From: a virus
Lineage: Duplodnaviria; Heunggongvirae; Uroviricota; Caudoviricetes
IMG/VR virus record: IMGVR_UViG_2718218397_000005
Length of the DNA: 47,888 bases
Strand: one strand, 5' to 3'
The notes under the pieces were generated by a model that saw only the letters and a list, made by a program, of their open reading frames with translations, had not been told where the DNA came from and ran no database searches. How positions within the stretch are numbered: position 1 is the stretch's first letter; each line of letters starts with the position of its first letter. The position numbers and the translations under genes were made by a program. Below are positions 1 through 11,178 of this stretch, piece after piece.

Positions 1-316
1 TATAATAAACTTACTTTTTTATCATTTTTCCACTTTAACAACATTTTGCTCCACTTTTCCACGATCAAACAACTTGAAATCTGGTTAAAATAACACGCAA
101 CACTATTCTTCTTCCTTGAGTCCGCCCGGAACTCGAAAAACAAACCGAGTTAAAGCCATTTTTCACAAAATCGATTTTGGGTCTCACCAAAATTACGGGG
201 TTGCATACGCATTCGTTTATTTTCGAACGTGTACATACAAATATGCACAAAAATAATCAAAATTATTTTCTGAGATGCATTATGATATGAACACCAATTT
301 CGTATAGAGTCTCACT

Positions 317-907
317 ATGTCTCGAATTTTTGCTTACTGTCGGATATCAACGCTGGATCAGACCATCGAAAATCAACGCCGGGAAATCGAAAGTGCAGGT
401 TTTAAAATCAAACCTCAGCAAATAATCGAAGAACACATTAGCGGCTCAGCAGCAACCAGTGAGCGTCCTGGTTTTAACCGGTTGCTTGCTCGCCTGAAAT
501 GTGGTGATCAATTGATTGTGACAAAACTGGATCGCCTTGGTTGTAATGCAATGGATATCAGGAAAACAGTGGAACAACTGACCGAAACAGGTATCAGAGT
601 GCATTGCTTAGCATTGGGGGGCATTGACCTGACCAGTCCAACAGGAAAAATGATGATGCACGTAATTTCAGCAGTCGCTGAATTTGAACGAGACCTTTTA
701 CTTGAACGCACTCATTCCGGGATAGTAAGAGCCCGCGGCGCAGGGAAACGTTTTGGTCGACCACCTGTGTTAAATGAAGAACAGAAACAGGTGGCATTCG
801 AACGAATTAAGTCAGGTGTAAGTATAAGTGCCATTGCCCGGGAATTCAAAACCTCGCGGCAAACCATTTTAAGAGCCAAAGCAAAACTTCAGACACCTGA
901 CATATAA
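317..907 (+). CDS. pin: Serine recombinase, DNA invertase (Pin/Gin/Hin family)
   Basis: 196-aa ORF; N-terminal resolvase catalytic motif YCRISTLDQ with Ser nucleophile; C-terminal HTH ([17 protein letters not shown]); sits beside stf-tfa as in e14/Rac/Qin-type prophages. Confidence 0.85.
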   Translation: MSRIFAYCRISTLDQTIENQRREIESAGFKIKPQQIIEEHISGSAATSERPGFNRLLARLKCGDQLIVTKLDRLGCNAMDIRKTVEQLTETGIRVHCLALGGIDLTSPTGKMMMHVISAVAEFERDLLLERTHSGIVRARGAGKRFGRPPVLNEEQKQVAFERIKSGVSISAIAREFKTSRQTILRAKAKLQTPDI

Positions 908-1004
908 AAAATAATCTCGGTGTGAGATGCTTTACGTCTTCCAAGCCCCCTTCCTTGCCGTAAATGGAAAGATACATCTAATTATAGAATTTATATGTTT
1001 TACC

Positions 1005-1580
1005 CTACGGCAGTGCTGGCCATTCAATATCCTGTGCAGTTGACGTATCAACACGGTTCAGCAACACCCGATACTTTTTCCAGGCTTCCAGCAATGAGGT
1101 TTCTTCCTCCGTTGCGATTTCCAGATCTACAGCATCCTGAAGTGGCGCAATATGCTCACTGGCTACCTGCATCAGGCTGTTTTTTGTTTCTTCCGCCTCT
1201 CGGATCCGGAACAGTTTTTCTGCTTCTGCATCTTTCACCCAGGCTGTGCCGTTCCACTTCTGAAACTCCCCTTCCGGCGATAACCAGGTAACATTTTCCG
1301 GTAACGGACCGAGTTCAGAAATAAATAACGCGTCCCCTGACGCTACGTCATAAACCGTTTTACCCCGATGGTCTTCAACGAGATGCCACGATGCCTTATC
1401 ACTGTTGAAAACAGCCACAAAGCCAGCAGGAATATCTGGTGGTGCAATATCGGTACTGTTTGCTGGCAGACCTGTATGAGGCGGAATATATGCGTCACCT
1501 TCACCAATAAATTCATTAGTTCCGGCCAGCAGATTATAAATTTTTATGGTCCGTGGTTGTTCACTCATTCTGAATGCCAT
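1005..1580 (-). CDS. tfa: Tail fiber assembly protein
   Basis: 191-aa ORF ([24 protein letters not shown]...) resembling lambda Tfa; start overlaps stf stop (ATGA). Confidence 0.85.
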   Translation of the reverse strand: MAFRMSEQPRTIKIYNLLAGTNEFIGEGDAYIPPHTGLPANSTDIAPPDIPAGFVAVFNSDKASWHLVEDHRGKTVYDVASGDALFISELGPLPENVTWLSPEGEFQKWNGTAWVKDAEAEKLFRIREAEETKNSLMQVASEHIAPLQDAVDLEIATEEETSLLEAWKKYRVLLNRVDTSTAQDIEWPALP

Positions 1581-4546
1581 TATGCAAGCCTCACAATATA
1601 GTTAAATGCGATGTTTTTGACGGTGTTTTCCGCGTTACCAGCAGCGTTAACGGTGATGGTGTGTCCATGTGAACCAATCGCAACGGAGTGCGTATGAGCA
1701 CCAATACCGACAGTATGCGCGTGTGCACCTGCAGATGCTGCTGTGCCGGACAGTGAATGGCTATGATTACCATCTGTACTGGTATTCGCTAACCACCCCG
1801 TAGACATACCTACTGAGCCTTGTACACCCCAGGTATTTTGACCTGAGCTTGTATAACCATATTGATAAGTATCTTTAAAAACACTGGGGTTAAATCGACG
1901 GCCATCTCTATGGCTGTGATTACCAGCTGCATTCGTGCTGCCACTTAAACTATGGGTATGCGCACCAGTGTTATTCGTGGATTTAGTGCCGTAATCAAAC
2001 GACGATGTGGTTTTCGTCCCCAAATCCGTACTGGATGCGCTGGCGCTGTGGGTATGCGATTTAATGCCGTCCTGTTCCTGAGACAATACGGCCCGACCAC
2101 TGGCAGGTTTGCCCTTAATCGTCCAGCCACGCATATCAGGGATCACGCCTGACGGATAAGCGGCTGCAAGTTTCGGGTATGCAGATTTGTCAAAAGTCTG
2201 CCCCTGCATCAGGGCATAGCCAGACGGAACGGTATCTGATGGCCACGGGATTGGTGCGCCAGGCGGATAAAACTGCTCTGATGGCGTATAGAGTGAATAA
2301 ACTGTACCGTCCGTTAACCCTTCCGGCTTATTAGCAGAATATGCTGGTGACGTATGAATCGTCACGCTGGCATTACTGGTATAATCCCATTGAATATTTA
2401 CACCAGTCGCATAATTTCCGATTGCAACGTAAATATCGTAAGTATCACCAGATGTATTGACCCAGGCAAAATTTGTAAACCCTGTCGATGTGCGCTGCCA
2501 TAACGCACCAGTAATCCCCTTCGGATTACCATTACCTGCACGTAAAACAAGTTCAGATATACCTGCCTGTTGAGGTGACCCCACGTTAAATCCAGCGCCA
2601 CCAATCAACGTAATTGAAACAACAGAACTCGCCTGTGGCATGGTTACCGTTGCTAATTTGAACCAACCAGCACCACCGCTGAATGACATTGTTGTTGAGT
2701 TAAGCGTACCAATATCTTTCGGCGTCAGTGTTATATCCGCTGAAAGCGCCTTACCATTCACCTTACGGGCAGAAGGTACCCGACCATTCGCATTGTCATT
2801 AGCTGCTTTCACTGCTTTCGGTGTCGCAGCAAGCGTTTCAGATGTGCTGTTGGTTGCACTACTGAGCTGGACAATTCCTTTTTGTGCTGTCGTAGCGTCC
2901 TGTGCGGTGTATTTCCCGTTAGCCAGGTCATACGCGGCCTTAACGGCTTTTGGCGTTGCCGCCTGTGACTCGGAAGTGCTGTTAGTCGCACTGCTGAGCT
3001 GAACTATCCCTTTCTGTGCTGTCGTTGCATCCTGTGCGGTGTATTTCCCGTTAGCCAGGTCATTCGCGGCCTTAACGGCTTTTGGCGTTGCCGCCTGTGA
3101 CTCGGAAGTGCTGTTGGTCGCACTGCTGAGCTGTACTATCCCCTTTTTCGTCGTGCTCGCATCCTCAAGCGCCACGGCGGATGCAATATCCTCTGCCCGT
3201 TTTGCTGCTGTCTCGGCGCGCGTTGCCGCGGATTCCGCCGTACTTTTGCTCTGTGCTGCCGCTGCCGCACTGCCAGCAGCCTCTGTCGCCTTCGTGGATG
3301 CCGTCGTGGCGCTGCCCCTCGCTGCTGACGCCTGTCTGGTCGCCTCATCTTTTGAAGCAGACGCAGATGATGCCGATGACGCCGCCGAACTGGCGGACGA
3401 TGCGGCAGCCGTTTTTGAGGATTCTGCGCTGGTTTCCGACGCTTTCGCGTTCGTTTCGGATGTCTTCGCTGCGGAAGCAGACCTCGCTGCTGCGCTGGCC
3501 TGTTCAGTGGCTTCGCCAGCCTTCGTTGTGGCTGTTGAAGCGGATGATGCGGCGCTTTCTGCCGATTTTCCGGCGGCGGTGGCACTGACTGCTGCCTCCT
3601 CTGCCTTAATGGACGCCTCACGGGCCGATGATGCAGCTGCTGTCTCAGAGTCTGCCGCAGCTGAGGCGCTCTGTTCCGCTGCCGTTTCAGAAGACCTGGC
3701 ATTCGTCTCGGACGTTTTTGCCGCCTTCACGGAATTTCCTGCCGCCGTTGCCGAGGAGGCTGCACTGCTGGCGCTTGTGGAGGCGTTCGTTTCTGATGAT
3801 TTTGCCGCCTCTTTGGAGGCCGCCGCATCTCTGGCTGAAGTGGCGGCTTCTGACGCTTTCGTCGTCGCAGTGGATGCAGAAGTGGCTGCTGATTTTTGTG
3901 ACGCTGCAGCATTCGTTTCTGACGTTTTCGCCGCACCGGCACTGGTGGCCGCCGCGCTTTTTGAGGACTCTGCAGCGGCAGCACTTTTTGATGCTTCAGT
4001 GGCCTTTGTTGATGCCGTTCCTGCGCTGGAAGACGCCTCCTGAGCCGAAGTCGCGGCCTGTCCGGCTGACGTGCTGGCTGCACGCGCTGAGCCTGCAGCA
4101 TCAGTCGCATGGGTTGCCGCCTCACGGGCAGATGTGCCGGCATCACTGGCTGACTTCTTCGCGGCTGCCGTGTTCTGTGCCACCGCGGACGCGTTACGCG
4201 TCACCTCTTCCACCATCAGTTCAAAACGGCGCAGAGCCTCCGGACGGGCATCATCCTCCGTCATGGCACCGAGAAAATCATTCAGCGTACCGGGTCGGGA
4301 ATCTTCATACACGGTGATGGTCCCGGCATGTGACGGCGGGAATCCTTCCACCAACAGAATAACGCTGTACTGACCGTACTCAACGTCCATGCTGTAACGC
4401 CCGGCTTCATCCGGATTTTCTGAGGCCAGCGTGTTCACCACCACCGTGGTGCTGTTACGTTTTGCTTTCAGCTGGATTGTGCAGTTCTGTACCGGTTTTC
4501 CTGTGCCGTCTTTCAGTACACCTGAAATCTTTACTGCCATATTCAC
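1580..4546 (-). CDS. stf: Side tail fiber protein
   Basis: 988-aa ORF; N-terminus [26 protein letters not shown]... is lambda Stf-like; long Ala/Ser/Thr-rich region; three ~44-aa tandem repeats; His-rich C-terminal region (HTHS/HSHS). Confidence 0.85.
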   Translation of the reverse strand: MNMAVKISGVLKDGTGKPVQNCTIQLKAKRNSTTVVVNTLASENPDEAGRYSMDVEYGQYSVILLVEGFPPSHAGTITVYEDSRPGTLNDFLGAMTEDDARPEALRRFELMVEEVTRNASAVAQNTAAAKKSASDAGTSAREAATHATDAAGSARAASTSAGQAATSAQEASSSAGTASTKATEASKSAAAAESSKSAAATSAGAAKTSETNAAASQKSAATSASTATTKASEAATSARDAAASKEAAKSSETNASTSASSAASSATAAGNSVKAAKTSETNARSSETAAEQSASAAADSETAAASSAREASIKAEEAAVSATAAGKSAESAASSASTATTKAGEATEQASAAARSASAAKTSETNAKASETSAESSKTAAASSASSAASSASSASASKDEATRQASAARGSATTASTKATEAAGSAAAAAQSKSTAESAATRAETAAKRAEDIASAVALEDASTTKKGIVQLSSATNSTSESQAATPKAVKAANDLANGKYTAQDATTAQKGIVQLSSATNSTSESQAATPKAVKAAYDLANGKYTAQDATTAQKGIVQLSSATNSTSETLAATPKAVKAANDNANGRVPSARKVNGKALSADITLTPKDIGTLNSTTMSFSGGAGWFKLATVTMPQASSVVSITLIGGAGFNVGSPQQAGISELVLRAGNGNPKGITGALWQRTSTGFTNFAWVNTSGDTYDIYVAIGNYATGVNIQWDYTSNASVTIHTSPAYSANKPEGLTDGTVYSLYTPSEQFYPPGAPIPWPSDTVPSGYALMQGQTFDKSAYPKLAAAYPSGVIPDMRGWTIKGKPASGRAVLSQEQDGIKSHTHSASASSTDLGTKTTSSFDYGTKSTNNTGAHTHSLSGSTNAAGNHSHRDGRRFNPSVFKDTYQYGYTSSGQNTWGVQGSVGMSTGWLANTSTDGNHSHSLSGTAASAGAHAHTVGIGAHTHSVAIGSHGHTITVNAAGNAENTVKNIAFNYIVRLA
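2785..3180. repeat. Tandem ~132-bp direct repeats (3 copies) inside stf
   Basis: Near-identical 132-bp units at 2917-3048 and 3049-3180 with a more divergent copy at 2785-2916; encode repeated [42 protein letters not shown]. Confidence 0.8.
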
Positions 4547-4551
4547 CCCAC

Positions 4552-4577
4552 AAAAAAGCCCGCCTGAACCGGCGGGC
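4552..4577 (-). terminator. Rho-independent terminator downstream of lom
   Basis: Stem GCCCGCC (4558-4564) / GGCGGGC (4571-4577), 6-nt loop, followed on the minus strand by a T6 tract (A6 at 4552-4557 on plus strand). Confidence 0.6.
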
Positions 4578-4604
4578 TGTCATAACACTGTGTTACCTGG
4601 CTAA

Positions 4605-5204
4605 TCAGAACTTATAACCGACACCCACGATGAAACCGTCAGTGCGCCAGTCGCCACTGCCGGAGCCTTCATAAGCAATATCAATGGCCACGGATTCGGT
4701 CGGGTTAAACTGCACGCCAGCTCCCCACGCCAGAGACGTGTTGCTGTGGCGACCGTCATCACTTCCGGTCAGCACGTCGTGCGTTTTCCCCTTGTTGTCA
4801 GTTACGCGGAGATAATCCCCGGAGAAAGTCGACACACGGCTGTAAGCCACACCCGCCATCGCATACGCGCTGAACCATTCATTCACGCGCACAGACGGCC
4901 CCGCCATTACGCTGAACCAGCGGTTACGAACGGAATCTTCATGCCAGCGAGTATCGCTGTAATGGGTCAGCTGGCGATTCTTGTCTCCTGCATAGCTGAA
5001 TGACGTCACCAGCCCCAGCGTATCCGTAAACTCATAACGGTATTTCACGTTAATCCCGTTCAGATCATCACTGCCGGGAACGTTGGTCCGGGCATGAAGA
5101 TACCCCGCGCTCAGCGTGGACTGATGTTCAGACGCCCATGCAGGCGCACCGGATACGGCCAGACAAATGGCTGCGGACAAAATGGCGGCACAAACTTTAC
5201 GCAT
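4605..5204 (-). CDS. lom: Outer membrane protein Lom (Ail/Lom family)
   Basis: 199-aa ORF with signal peptide (MRKVCAAILSAAICLAVSGAPAWA) and beta-barrel ending in F (..VGVGYKF); sits between J and stf as in lambda. Confidence 0.85.
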   Translation of the reverse strand: MRKVCAAILSAAICLAVSGAPAWASEHQSTLSAGYLHARTNVPGSDDLNGINVKYRYEFTDTLGLVTSFSYAGDKNRQLTHYSDTRWHEDSVRNRWFSVMAGPSVRVNEWFSAYAMAGVAYSRVSTFSGDYLRVTDNKGKTHDVLTGSDDGRHSNTSLAWGAGVQFNPTESVAIDIAYEGSGSGDWRTDGFIVGVGYKF

Positions 5205-5226
5205 AATTACCTCTCGCTTTTCTGCA

Positions 5227-5252
5227 ATAAAAAAGGCGTCATTCCTGACGCC
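5227..5252 (-). terminator. Rho-independent terminator downstream of J
   Basis: Stem GGCGTCA (5235-5241) / TGACGCC (5246-5252), loop TTCC, T-tract on the minus strand (plus-strand TAAAAAAG at 5227-5234). Confidence 0.55.
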
Positions 5253-5274
5253 ATTTATTGGGGTTATAAATATT

Positions 5275-8200
5275 TCAACGAATACTGATGCCGGAAGCCG
5301 CTTTTTTGGTCACAATCACCGTACAGTCGGTGATATTGCCTGCCCCCTGATTGCCTTTCTGGAAAATCTTAAACTCCAGAGTGACGCTACCACCACCACT
5401 AGGCATATCAATAACTGCACTGTAACTACCGGGAATGGCCCCTTTAGTTTCTCTGGATGCGATTAATACGCCGTTTTTGCGAACTTCAAAACCATAACCC
5501 GTGTATCGCGTGCCTCCCGGGTTATTTCCGCTCCCCGGATCGTCATACGCTATACCGTTAAAAATAATGGGCGGAATAATAATCTGGCGGTCAAAGTTAT
5601 GATCATCGCTGATGGTGACTGTAACCGTACCGTTTGGTGTTTCCGTGTTACCCCACGTACCGACTTTTTTCGGGAAGGCTTTTGATACAGCTTTAACGAA
5701 ATCTCCTCTGACCTGGGTCGCCTCCAGCATGCCCTTAATCGTACAGTTCTGGTTAATCGTGACATTGTTGAGCGTTCCTGAGTTCGCATTCACACTGCCA
5801 CTGATATCCGCATTTTTCGCCGTCAGTCTCCCGTCTGATGTCAGGGAAAATGCCGGAGGATTACCGCCGCTGGTAATGGTGGGGGCCGTCAGGCGTTTCA
5901 GGAACACTTCATTCATGAATATCTGATCGCCCTGACCAACAAACATCGGCTTTGTGTTGCCATTCGCAGGATTAATCATCGCAATCCTGTCTGCTGCCAG
6001 CAGCACCTGACTCTGCATGCCGTCAGGGGTGTTCTCAATACCGGCACCGATACCCGCAATATAAAGGCGTCCGTCCTGCATCTGCTGCAGCTTCACTGCC
6101 CACATGCTGTTCAGGTTATTATTTGTATCAACCTGAACCTTCTGTATCTGCTGGATCGCTGCACTCTGGTCTTCCAGTTTCTTATTGACGGTCTGTGTTA
6201 TTTCATTGCTGACATCCGTTATGGACGTCCTGATTTCAGTCAGGTCAGGCGCAAGCTGACCGTTATCAATCTGCGTCCACAGCTCCTGAGCCAGATGGGT
6301 TTTCCCTATCTCGCCTTTGAAAAAATCCAGATAGCCTGATGCATCATCACTCGGCTGACCGACAGCCTCCACGAATGCCGATTTGCCAACGGTGTTCACA
6401 CTGCGAACGTAAAAATAATAATCATGGCCCGGTTTGATATTGATACTGGCGGCTATCCAGTACAGTGCCGTACCAAGATAACGCGCGCTGGTTTCAACCT
6501 GCCTGATATCCGCAATCCGTTTTTCCGAGAACCAGAACTCAAACTGTACCGTCGGGTCATAAACCGCAAGATGCGGCGTGGCGGTTATCTGAAAATAGCC
6601 CGGCGTCAGCTCAATCCGCGACGGCGCTGCCGGTGCGGCAATCCGGAACGATACCGACGCCGGATCGCCCTGCTGCCCCCACGCATTTACTGCCCGGACT
6701 GTCAGCCTGTAGTTCCCCAGAGCCAGTTGTGTGAAGCGGTAAGTGGTTTCCGTCGTCCGGGCCGTGCTGACCAGCCGCTCACGGCCGTCATCTGCTGCCA
6801 CGGTCAGGCGAAGCAGGAAGCTCACGCCCTTCACCACCTTCGGCGTGTCCCAGCGCGCCAGCACCTGGTATTCCCCGCTGTCTGCGGTGACTTCTGCGGT
6901 CAGGTGCTTCACCGCTGGCGGCGTGACACCATTTACCGTGCCGCTCTGGTCGCCGTCAAAGTGCGCCCCGTTATCCACGATGGCCTCTTTTTCCGGTACA
7001 TGCTGCACGGCGGTGATGGCATACGTGCCGTCGTCGTTCTCACGGATACTCACGCAGCGGAACAGGCGCTGGCGCAACGTCGGCAGCTTCAGCCCCCATA
7101 CGCTGTATTCAGCAACGCCGTCAGGAACACGGCTCACTTTCACCTTCACGCCGTCGGTGACGGACTGAACCTCCACGCTGACCGGACTCCCCTGCCCGTC
7201 AACCAGGCTTATCAGCGTGGTGCCGGAAGATGGCAGCGTGATTTCACGGTCGAGCGTCAGCGTCCGGGTCTGGCTGTTTACCGCCAGCACGCGCCCGCCG
7301 GTGCGGATACCGGCATAGTCATCATCGCAGATTTCAATGACATCGCCCGGTACATGGCGAAGCCCTTCGGCACCCACGCTGAAGTCCACGGTCTGCGTTT
7401 CCAGCAGTTCTGTTTTAATCAGCCACAGCCCGGCGCGGTGTGCCTGCCCCCGGCTGGTACAGCCAAAAGCATCCATCTTCGTGACGTTACGACCGTAACG
7501 GGCAATGGCCTGCGTGTCCTCCACAAGCTCTGTCGCCGTCTCCCAGCCGTTATTCGGGTCAATCCAGTTCACCTCAACGGCATTATGGCGGTCCTTCAGG
7601 GCGCTGAAGCTGTAGCGGAACGGCGCACCATCATCCGGCATCACCACATTACTGCGGTTATAGGTCCACACCTTATCCGACGGTCGGTCCTGCACGAACG
7701 TCAGCGTCTGCCCGTTCCATACCGGCATACAGCGCATCGCAGAGCAGAAATCACTGAGCACATCCCACGCCTTGCGCTGTGTGGTCAGGTACGCATTACA
7801 GGTGATGCGCGGCTCCGTGCCGCCAAAACCGTCCGGCACCGACTGATCGCAATGCTGGCCGATGACATACAGCGCCCATTTGTCCACATCCGCCGCACCA
7901 AGACGTTTCCCCATGCCGTAGCGCGGATGGGTCAGCATATCCCACAGACACCAGGCCATGTTGTTGCTGTATGCTGGCTTAAACGTTCCGTCCCAGATAC
8001 CGCTGTATTGCCGCGTCTGCGGGTTATAGTTCGACGGCACCTGCAGAATGCGCCCGCGAAGATGATAATTACGGCTCACCTGCTGGCTGCCGAACTGCTC
8101 CGAATCCACCTGTACGCCGACCAGTGCCGTATTCGGGTAGCACTGTTTCACATCGATGATTTCGGTGTATGACGACCAGAGCGTTTTGTTCTGCAGCTGG

Positions 8201-8772
8201 TCTGTGGTGCTGTCCGGCGTCATCCTGCGCATCCGGATACTGAACGGGCGCGGCGGCAGGTTATCCACCACCACCGAGGCCAGATACTGCGAGGTGGTTT
8301 TGCCCTTAATGGTGATGTCTTTTTCCGTCACCCAGCCACCATTACGCTGTATCTGAACCAGCAGGCGAACTTCCGACGGATTCCGGTCCCCCTTTGAGGT
8401 GGTTTCCACCAGTGCCTGCACACCGAAGGTAAAGCGCAGTCGGTCAATGTTTGCCGACGTGATGGTCCGGGTGATCGGCGTGTCGTATTTCACTTCCGTA
8501 CCCAGCACCGTCTCGGAGCCGGAGGATTCAAATCCCTCCGGCGGTGTCTGCTCCTGCTCACCGGCCCGGAACACCACCGTGACGCCGGAGATGTTGGTAT
8601 TCCCCTCACTGTCCAGCACTGGCGTACTGTTCAGCAGCACGCTTTTTAATCCATCCACCGGACCTTCAACCGGCCCTTCGCTGATGGCATCGATCACACT
8701 CAGCAACTGCGTGGACTTCAGGTTGTCCTTCGTTTCGCGCGGAGTATGCCCCTTACTGCTGCCTTTACCCAT
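5275..8772 (-). CDS. J: Tail tip / host specificity protein J
   Basis: 1165-aa ORF, N-terminus [24 protein letters not shown]... as lambda gpJ; fibronectin-III-like central repeats; 99 nt longer than lambda J as remembered (3399 nt). Confidence 0.9.
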   Translation of the reverse strand: MGKGSSKGHTPRETKDNLKSTQLLSVIDAISEGPVEGPVDGLKSVLLNSTPVLDSEGNTNISGVTVVFRAGEQEQTPPEGFESSGSETVLGTEVKYDTPITRTITSANIDRLRFTFGVQALVETTSKGDRNPSEVRLLVQIQRNGGWVTEKDITIKGKTTSQYLASVVVDNLPPRPFSIRMRRMTPDSTTDQLQNKTLWSSYTEIIDVKQCYPNTALVGVQVDSEQFGSQQVSRNYHLRGRILQVPSNYNPQTRQYSGIWDGTFKPAYSNNMAWCLWDMLTHPRYGMGKRLGAADVDKWALYVIGQHCDQSVPDGFGGTEPRITCNAYLTTQRKAWDVLSDFCSAMRCMPVWNGQTLTFVQDRPSDKVWTYNRSNVVMPDDGAPFRYSFSALKDRHNAVEVNWIDPNNGWETATELVEDTQAIARYGRNVTKMDAFGCTSRGQAHRAGLWLIKTELLETQTVDFSVGAEGLRHVPGDVIEICDDDYAGIRTGGRVLAVNSQTRTLTLDREITLPSSGTTLISLVDGQGSPVSVEVQSVTDGVKVKVSRVPDGVAEYSVWGLKLPTLRQRLFRCVSIRENDDGTYAITAVQHVPEKEAIVDNGAHFDGDQSGTVNGVTPPAVKHLTAEVTADSGEYQVLARWDTPKVVKGVSFLLRLTVAADDGRERLVSTARTTETTYRFTQLALGNYRLTVRAVNAWGQQGDPASVSFRIAAPAAPSRIELTPGYFQITATPHLAVYDPTVQFEFWFSEKRIADIRQVETSARYLGTALYWIAASINIKPGHDYYFYVRSVNTVGKSAFVEAVGQPSDDASGYLDFFKGEIGKTHLAQELWTQIDNGQLAPDLTEIRTSITDVSNEITQTVNKKLEDQSAAIQQIQKVQVDTNNNLNSMWAVKLQQMQDGRLYIAGIGAGIENTPDGMQSQVLLAADRIAMINPANGNTKPMFVGQGDQIFMNEVFLKRLTAPTITSGGNPPAFSLTSDGRLTAKNADISGSVNANSGTLNNVTINQNCTIKGMLEATQVRGDFVKAVSKAFPKKVGTWGNTETPNGTVTVTISDDHNFDRQIIIPPIIFNGIAYDDPGSGNNPGGTRYTGYGFEVRKNGVLIASRETKGAIPGSYSAVIDMPSGGGSVTLEFKIFQKGNQGAGNITDCTVIVTKKAASGISIR

Positions 8773-8832
8773 TCCTCACGCTCCATAAACGACAAAACCG
8801 CCCGGAAGCGGTTTCACATAAAACGTTTTTCA

Positions 8833-9504
8833 TCAACGACCAATCACCACAACCTGACCACCGTCCCCTTCGTCTGCCGTGCTGATCTCCTGAGAGACCA
8901 CCCGCGACCCCACGCGCATTTCACCGTACAGAACGGGCAGAACATTGCCCTGGGCAACCATGTTATCCAGTGAGGAGAAATAGGTGTTCTGCTTACCGTT
9001 ATCCGTTGTCTGTGTACGGGGAGTTCTGGCTTTCGGTGCCAGCATCTGCGCCACACCACCGAGCACCATACTGGCACCGAGAGAAAACAGGATGCCGGTC
9101 ATACCACCGGCCCCAATGGCTGCCCCCCATGCTGCAAGGGTGGCTCCGGCGGTAAAGAATGATCCGGCAATGGCGGCAGCCCCCAGGACAATCTGGAATA
9201 CGCCACCTGACTTGGCCCCGGCGACTCTGGGAACAATATGAATCACAGCGCCATCAGGCAGAGTCTCATGTAACTGAGCCGTTAACCCGGACGTGCTGAC
9301 GTCCCGCCCGGCAATCCGTACCTGATACCAGCCGTCGCTCAGTTTCTGACGAAACGCCGGGAGCTGTGTGGCCAGTGCCCGGATGGCTTCAGCCCCCGTT
9401 TTCACACGAAGGTCGATGCGGCGACCAAATCGTTGTAAATCCCCGTAAAGGCAGATGCGCGCCATGCCCGGTGACGCCAGAGGGAGTGTGTGCGTCGCTG
9501 CCAT
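8833..9504 (-). CDS. I: Tail assembly protein I
   Basis: 223-aa ORF (MAATHTLPLASPGMARICLYGDLQRFGRR...), lambda gpI-like; 60-nt gap to J and 103-nt overlap with K as in lambda. Confidence 0.85.
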   Translation of the reverse strand: MAATHTLPLASPGMARICLYGDLQRFGRRIDLRVKTGAEAIRALATQLPAFRQKLSDGWYQVRIAGRDVSTSGLTAQLHETLPDGAVIHIVPRVAGAKSGGVFQIVLGAAAIAGSFFTAGATLAAWGAAIGAGGMTGILFSLGASMVLGGVAQMLAPKARTPRTQTTDNGKQNTYFSSLDNMVAQGNVLPVLYGEMRVGSRVVSQEISTADEGDGGQVVVIGR

Positions 9505-10145
9505 TTGTCGGTGTACCTCTCTCGTTTGCTCAGTTGTTCAGGAATATGGTGCAGCAGCTCGCCGTCGCCGCAGTAAATTGCGGCGTGATTCGGCACCGAT
9601 GAACCAAAACAGCACAGCAGCACATCGCCCGGCTGTGCCGCTGACAACGGCACCTGATACAGCCCCGTCGCCTCCAGATTATCCAGATAGAGATTCTGGC
9701 CGTTACGCCACCAGTCATCCTCACGATGAAAGTCCGGCATCTCAATCCCCGCCAGATGATAAGCATCCCGGAACAGTGTGTAACAGTCCGTCACACCGTG
9801 CTCAAAGCGCCGCCCGGTGAGATGCGGCACACAGCGGAACTTATGAATCGTCCCCCGGCAGACCAGCCACCACGGCAAATCACTCTGCACCTGCAGCCGC
9901 CGGTCGGCCTCACTCAGCCAGGGTAGACCACCGGGGTGGCTGTGGACCAGCGCCACAATCTCACCCTGCATTTCTGCCTGCAGCCAGTCTTCCGGCGACA
10001 TACGGAAATACGCCTCCGGCTCACCGGAGATATTCACGCAGGGGAAATATCTTTCCCCCTCCGGCGTGCTTACCACGAAGCCGCACGACTCCGCTGGCGC
10101 ACATCGCCGGGCGTGCGCCAGAATCGCTGATTCTGTCTGTGTCAT
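9402..10145 (-). CDS. K: Tail assembly protein K (JAB/MPN plus NlpC/P60 domains)
   Basis: 247-aa ORF starting 5 nt after L stop; JAMM-like E..HSHP..SEAD motif and later Cys/His of NlpC/P60; lambda-annotated K start corresponds to internal Met49 at 10001. Confidence 0.8.
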   Translation of the reverse strand: MTQTESAILAHARRCAPAESCGFVVSTPEGERYFPCVNISGEPEAYFRMSPEDWLQAEMQGEIVALVHSHPGGLPWLSEADRRLQVQSDLPWWLVCRGTIHKFRCVPHLTGRRFEHGVTDCYTLFRDAYHLAGIEMPDFHREDDWWRNGQNLYLDNLEATGLYQVPLSAAQPGDVLLCCFGSSVPNHAAIYCGDGELLHHIPEQLSKRERYTDKWQRRTHSLWRHRAWRASAFTGIYNDLVAASTFV

Positions 10146-10150
10146 GGGAT

Positions 10151-10849
10151 TTACTGCGAAAGTTTGTTAATGGAAAGGAAGCCGCCAAAGTTGCCGACGT
10201 TATTGCGGAACTTACAACCGCTCAGGCATTTGCTGCATTTATCCTTCGTGATATCGGACGTTGGCTGGTCATATTCATCCGCGACAGCCGGACCGCTATA
10301 ACCGCACTCGTCACCGCGATAGGTCCAGGTGCAGGTGTTGGCCAGCATGATACGTCCCGGAAAAACAGCGCCATCCGTTTCCGTCGGCGTGGACAGTACA
10401 AAGGAGGCACTCACCGCGCTCAGTTCGCTGCACTGCTCAATGCGCCAGCGGCTGATCACCTCCTGCTCCGGATCGGCGTAACTGTTTCCGTTGACGAAGT
10501 TCACCGCATCCAGAAAACGGGCGTAAACCTTACGCCGGACCACCGTTCCGCCGACCAGACTCTGCATATCTTCCGCCATCCCGGTGACCATACCGTACAG
10601 GTTAGAAACCGTCAGCGTGGGGCGCGTACTGGTGCCTTTGCCATTCAGTTCAAAACCGCTCCCCTGAATGGGATACGGCTGATACTGTCGCCCCTGCCAG
10701 GTGACCGGCTCACCTTTTTCGTTCTGCTCATTACAGAAAAAATAACGTTCTCCACCGACCTCTGTCAGGTCGATTTCCCAGAGCACCACGCTGGCCGACT
10801 GCTCCGCACGGGTGCATTCATTCAGTGTTTCCTGCCGGATATCCTGCAT
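10151..10849 (-). CDS. L: Minor tail protein L
   Basis: 232-aa ORF (MQDIRQETLNECTRAEQSASVVLWEIDLTEVGGERYFF...), lambda gpL-like, C-terminal Cys cluster. Confidence 0.9.
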   Translation of the reverse strand: MQDIRQETLNECTRAEQSASVVLWEIDLTEVGGERYFFCNEQNEKGEPVTWQGRQYQPYPIQGSGFELNGKGTSTRPTLTVSNLYGMVTGMAEDMQSLVGGTVVRRKVYARFLDAVNFVNGNSYADPEQEVISRWRIEQCSELSAVSASFVLSTPTETDGAVFPGRIMLANTCTWTYRGDECGYSGPAVADEYDQPTSDITKDKCSKCLSGCKFRNNVGNFGGFLSINKLSQ

Positions 10850-11178
10850 CAGTTCACCACCTGTTCAAACTCTGCGCTGAACTCAACACGCAGCATACTG
10901 ACCCGCGACGACCATTTTGCGCAGGTCACCTTTATCTGCCGCCACTCATAAGGCGGCGTCCACAGAAAGGATTTCCAGCCCCCGTGCTCTTCCAGAAACG
11001 ACTCCAGTACCGTGGCCTCCTCACGGGGGACAGAAAGCGTCACGCTGTACGTTTTCAGGTTGGCATTCAGCCCGGCAGGCGCTCGCTGAGAATAACCATC
11101 ACCAAAGCGCACCTTTCTTACAGAAGGGACCGAAGCCACATCCATACCGGGTTTCACTTTCCAGCGGAAGGTCTTCAT
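10849..11178 (-). CDS. M: Minor tail protein M
   Basis: 109-aa ORF (MKTFRWKVKPGMDVASVPSVRKVRFGDGYSQRA...), lambda gpM-like; start overlaps H stop. Confidence 0.9.
   Translation of the reverse strand: MKTFRWKVKPGMDVASVPSVRKVRFGDGYSQRAPAGLNANLKTYSVTLSVPREEATVLESFLEEHGGWKSFLWTPPYEWRQIKVTCAKWSSRVSMLRVEFSAEFEQVVN

Noticed and set aside
907-1580. Possible invertible tail-fiber segment controlled by pin
   Set aside because: No second, inverted tfa/stf copy and no pair of inverted crossover sites flanking a segment; only about 100 bp separates pin from tfa.
3039-4317. Long plus-strand and alternative-frame ORFs (334 aa Ala-rich, 229 aa, 188 aa Arg/Pro-rich, 139 aa) overlapping stf
   Set aside because: They lie antisense or out of frame within the GC-rich, repetitive low-complexity part of stf and have biased composition with no start-site context; the stf frame is the only one with lambda-like termini.
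6424-8172. 582-aa plus-strand ORF (Arg-rich) inside J
   Set aside because: Antisense to the conserved J gene; composition is typical of an open antisense frame in GC-rich coding sequence; no RBS or recognisable domains.
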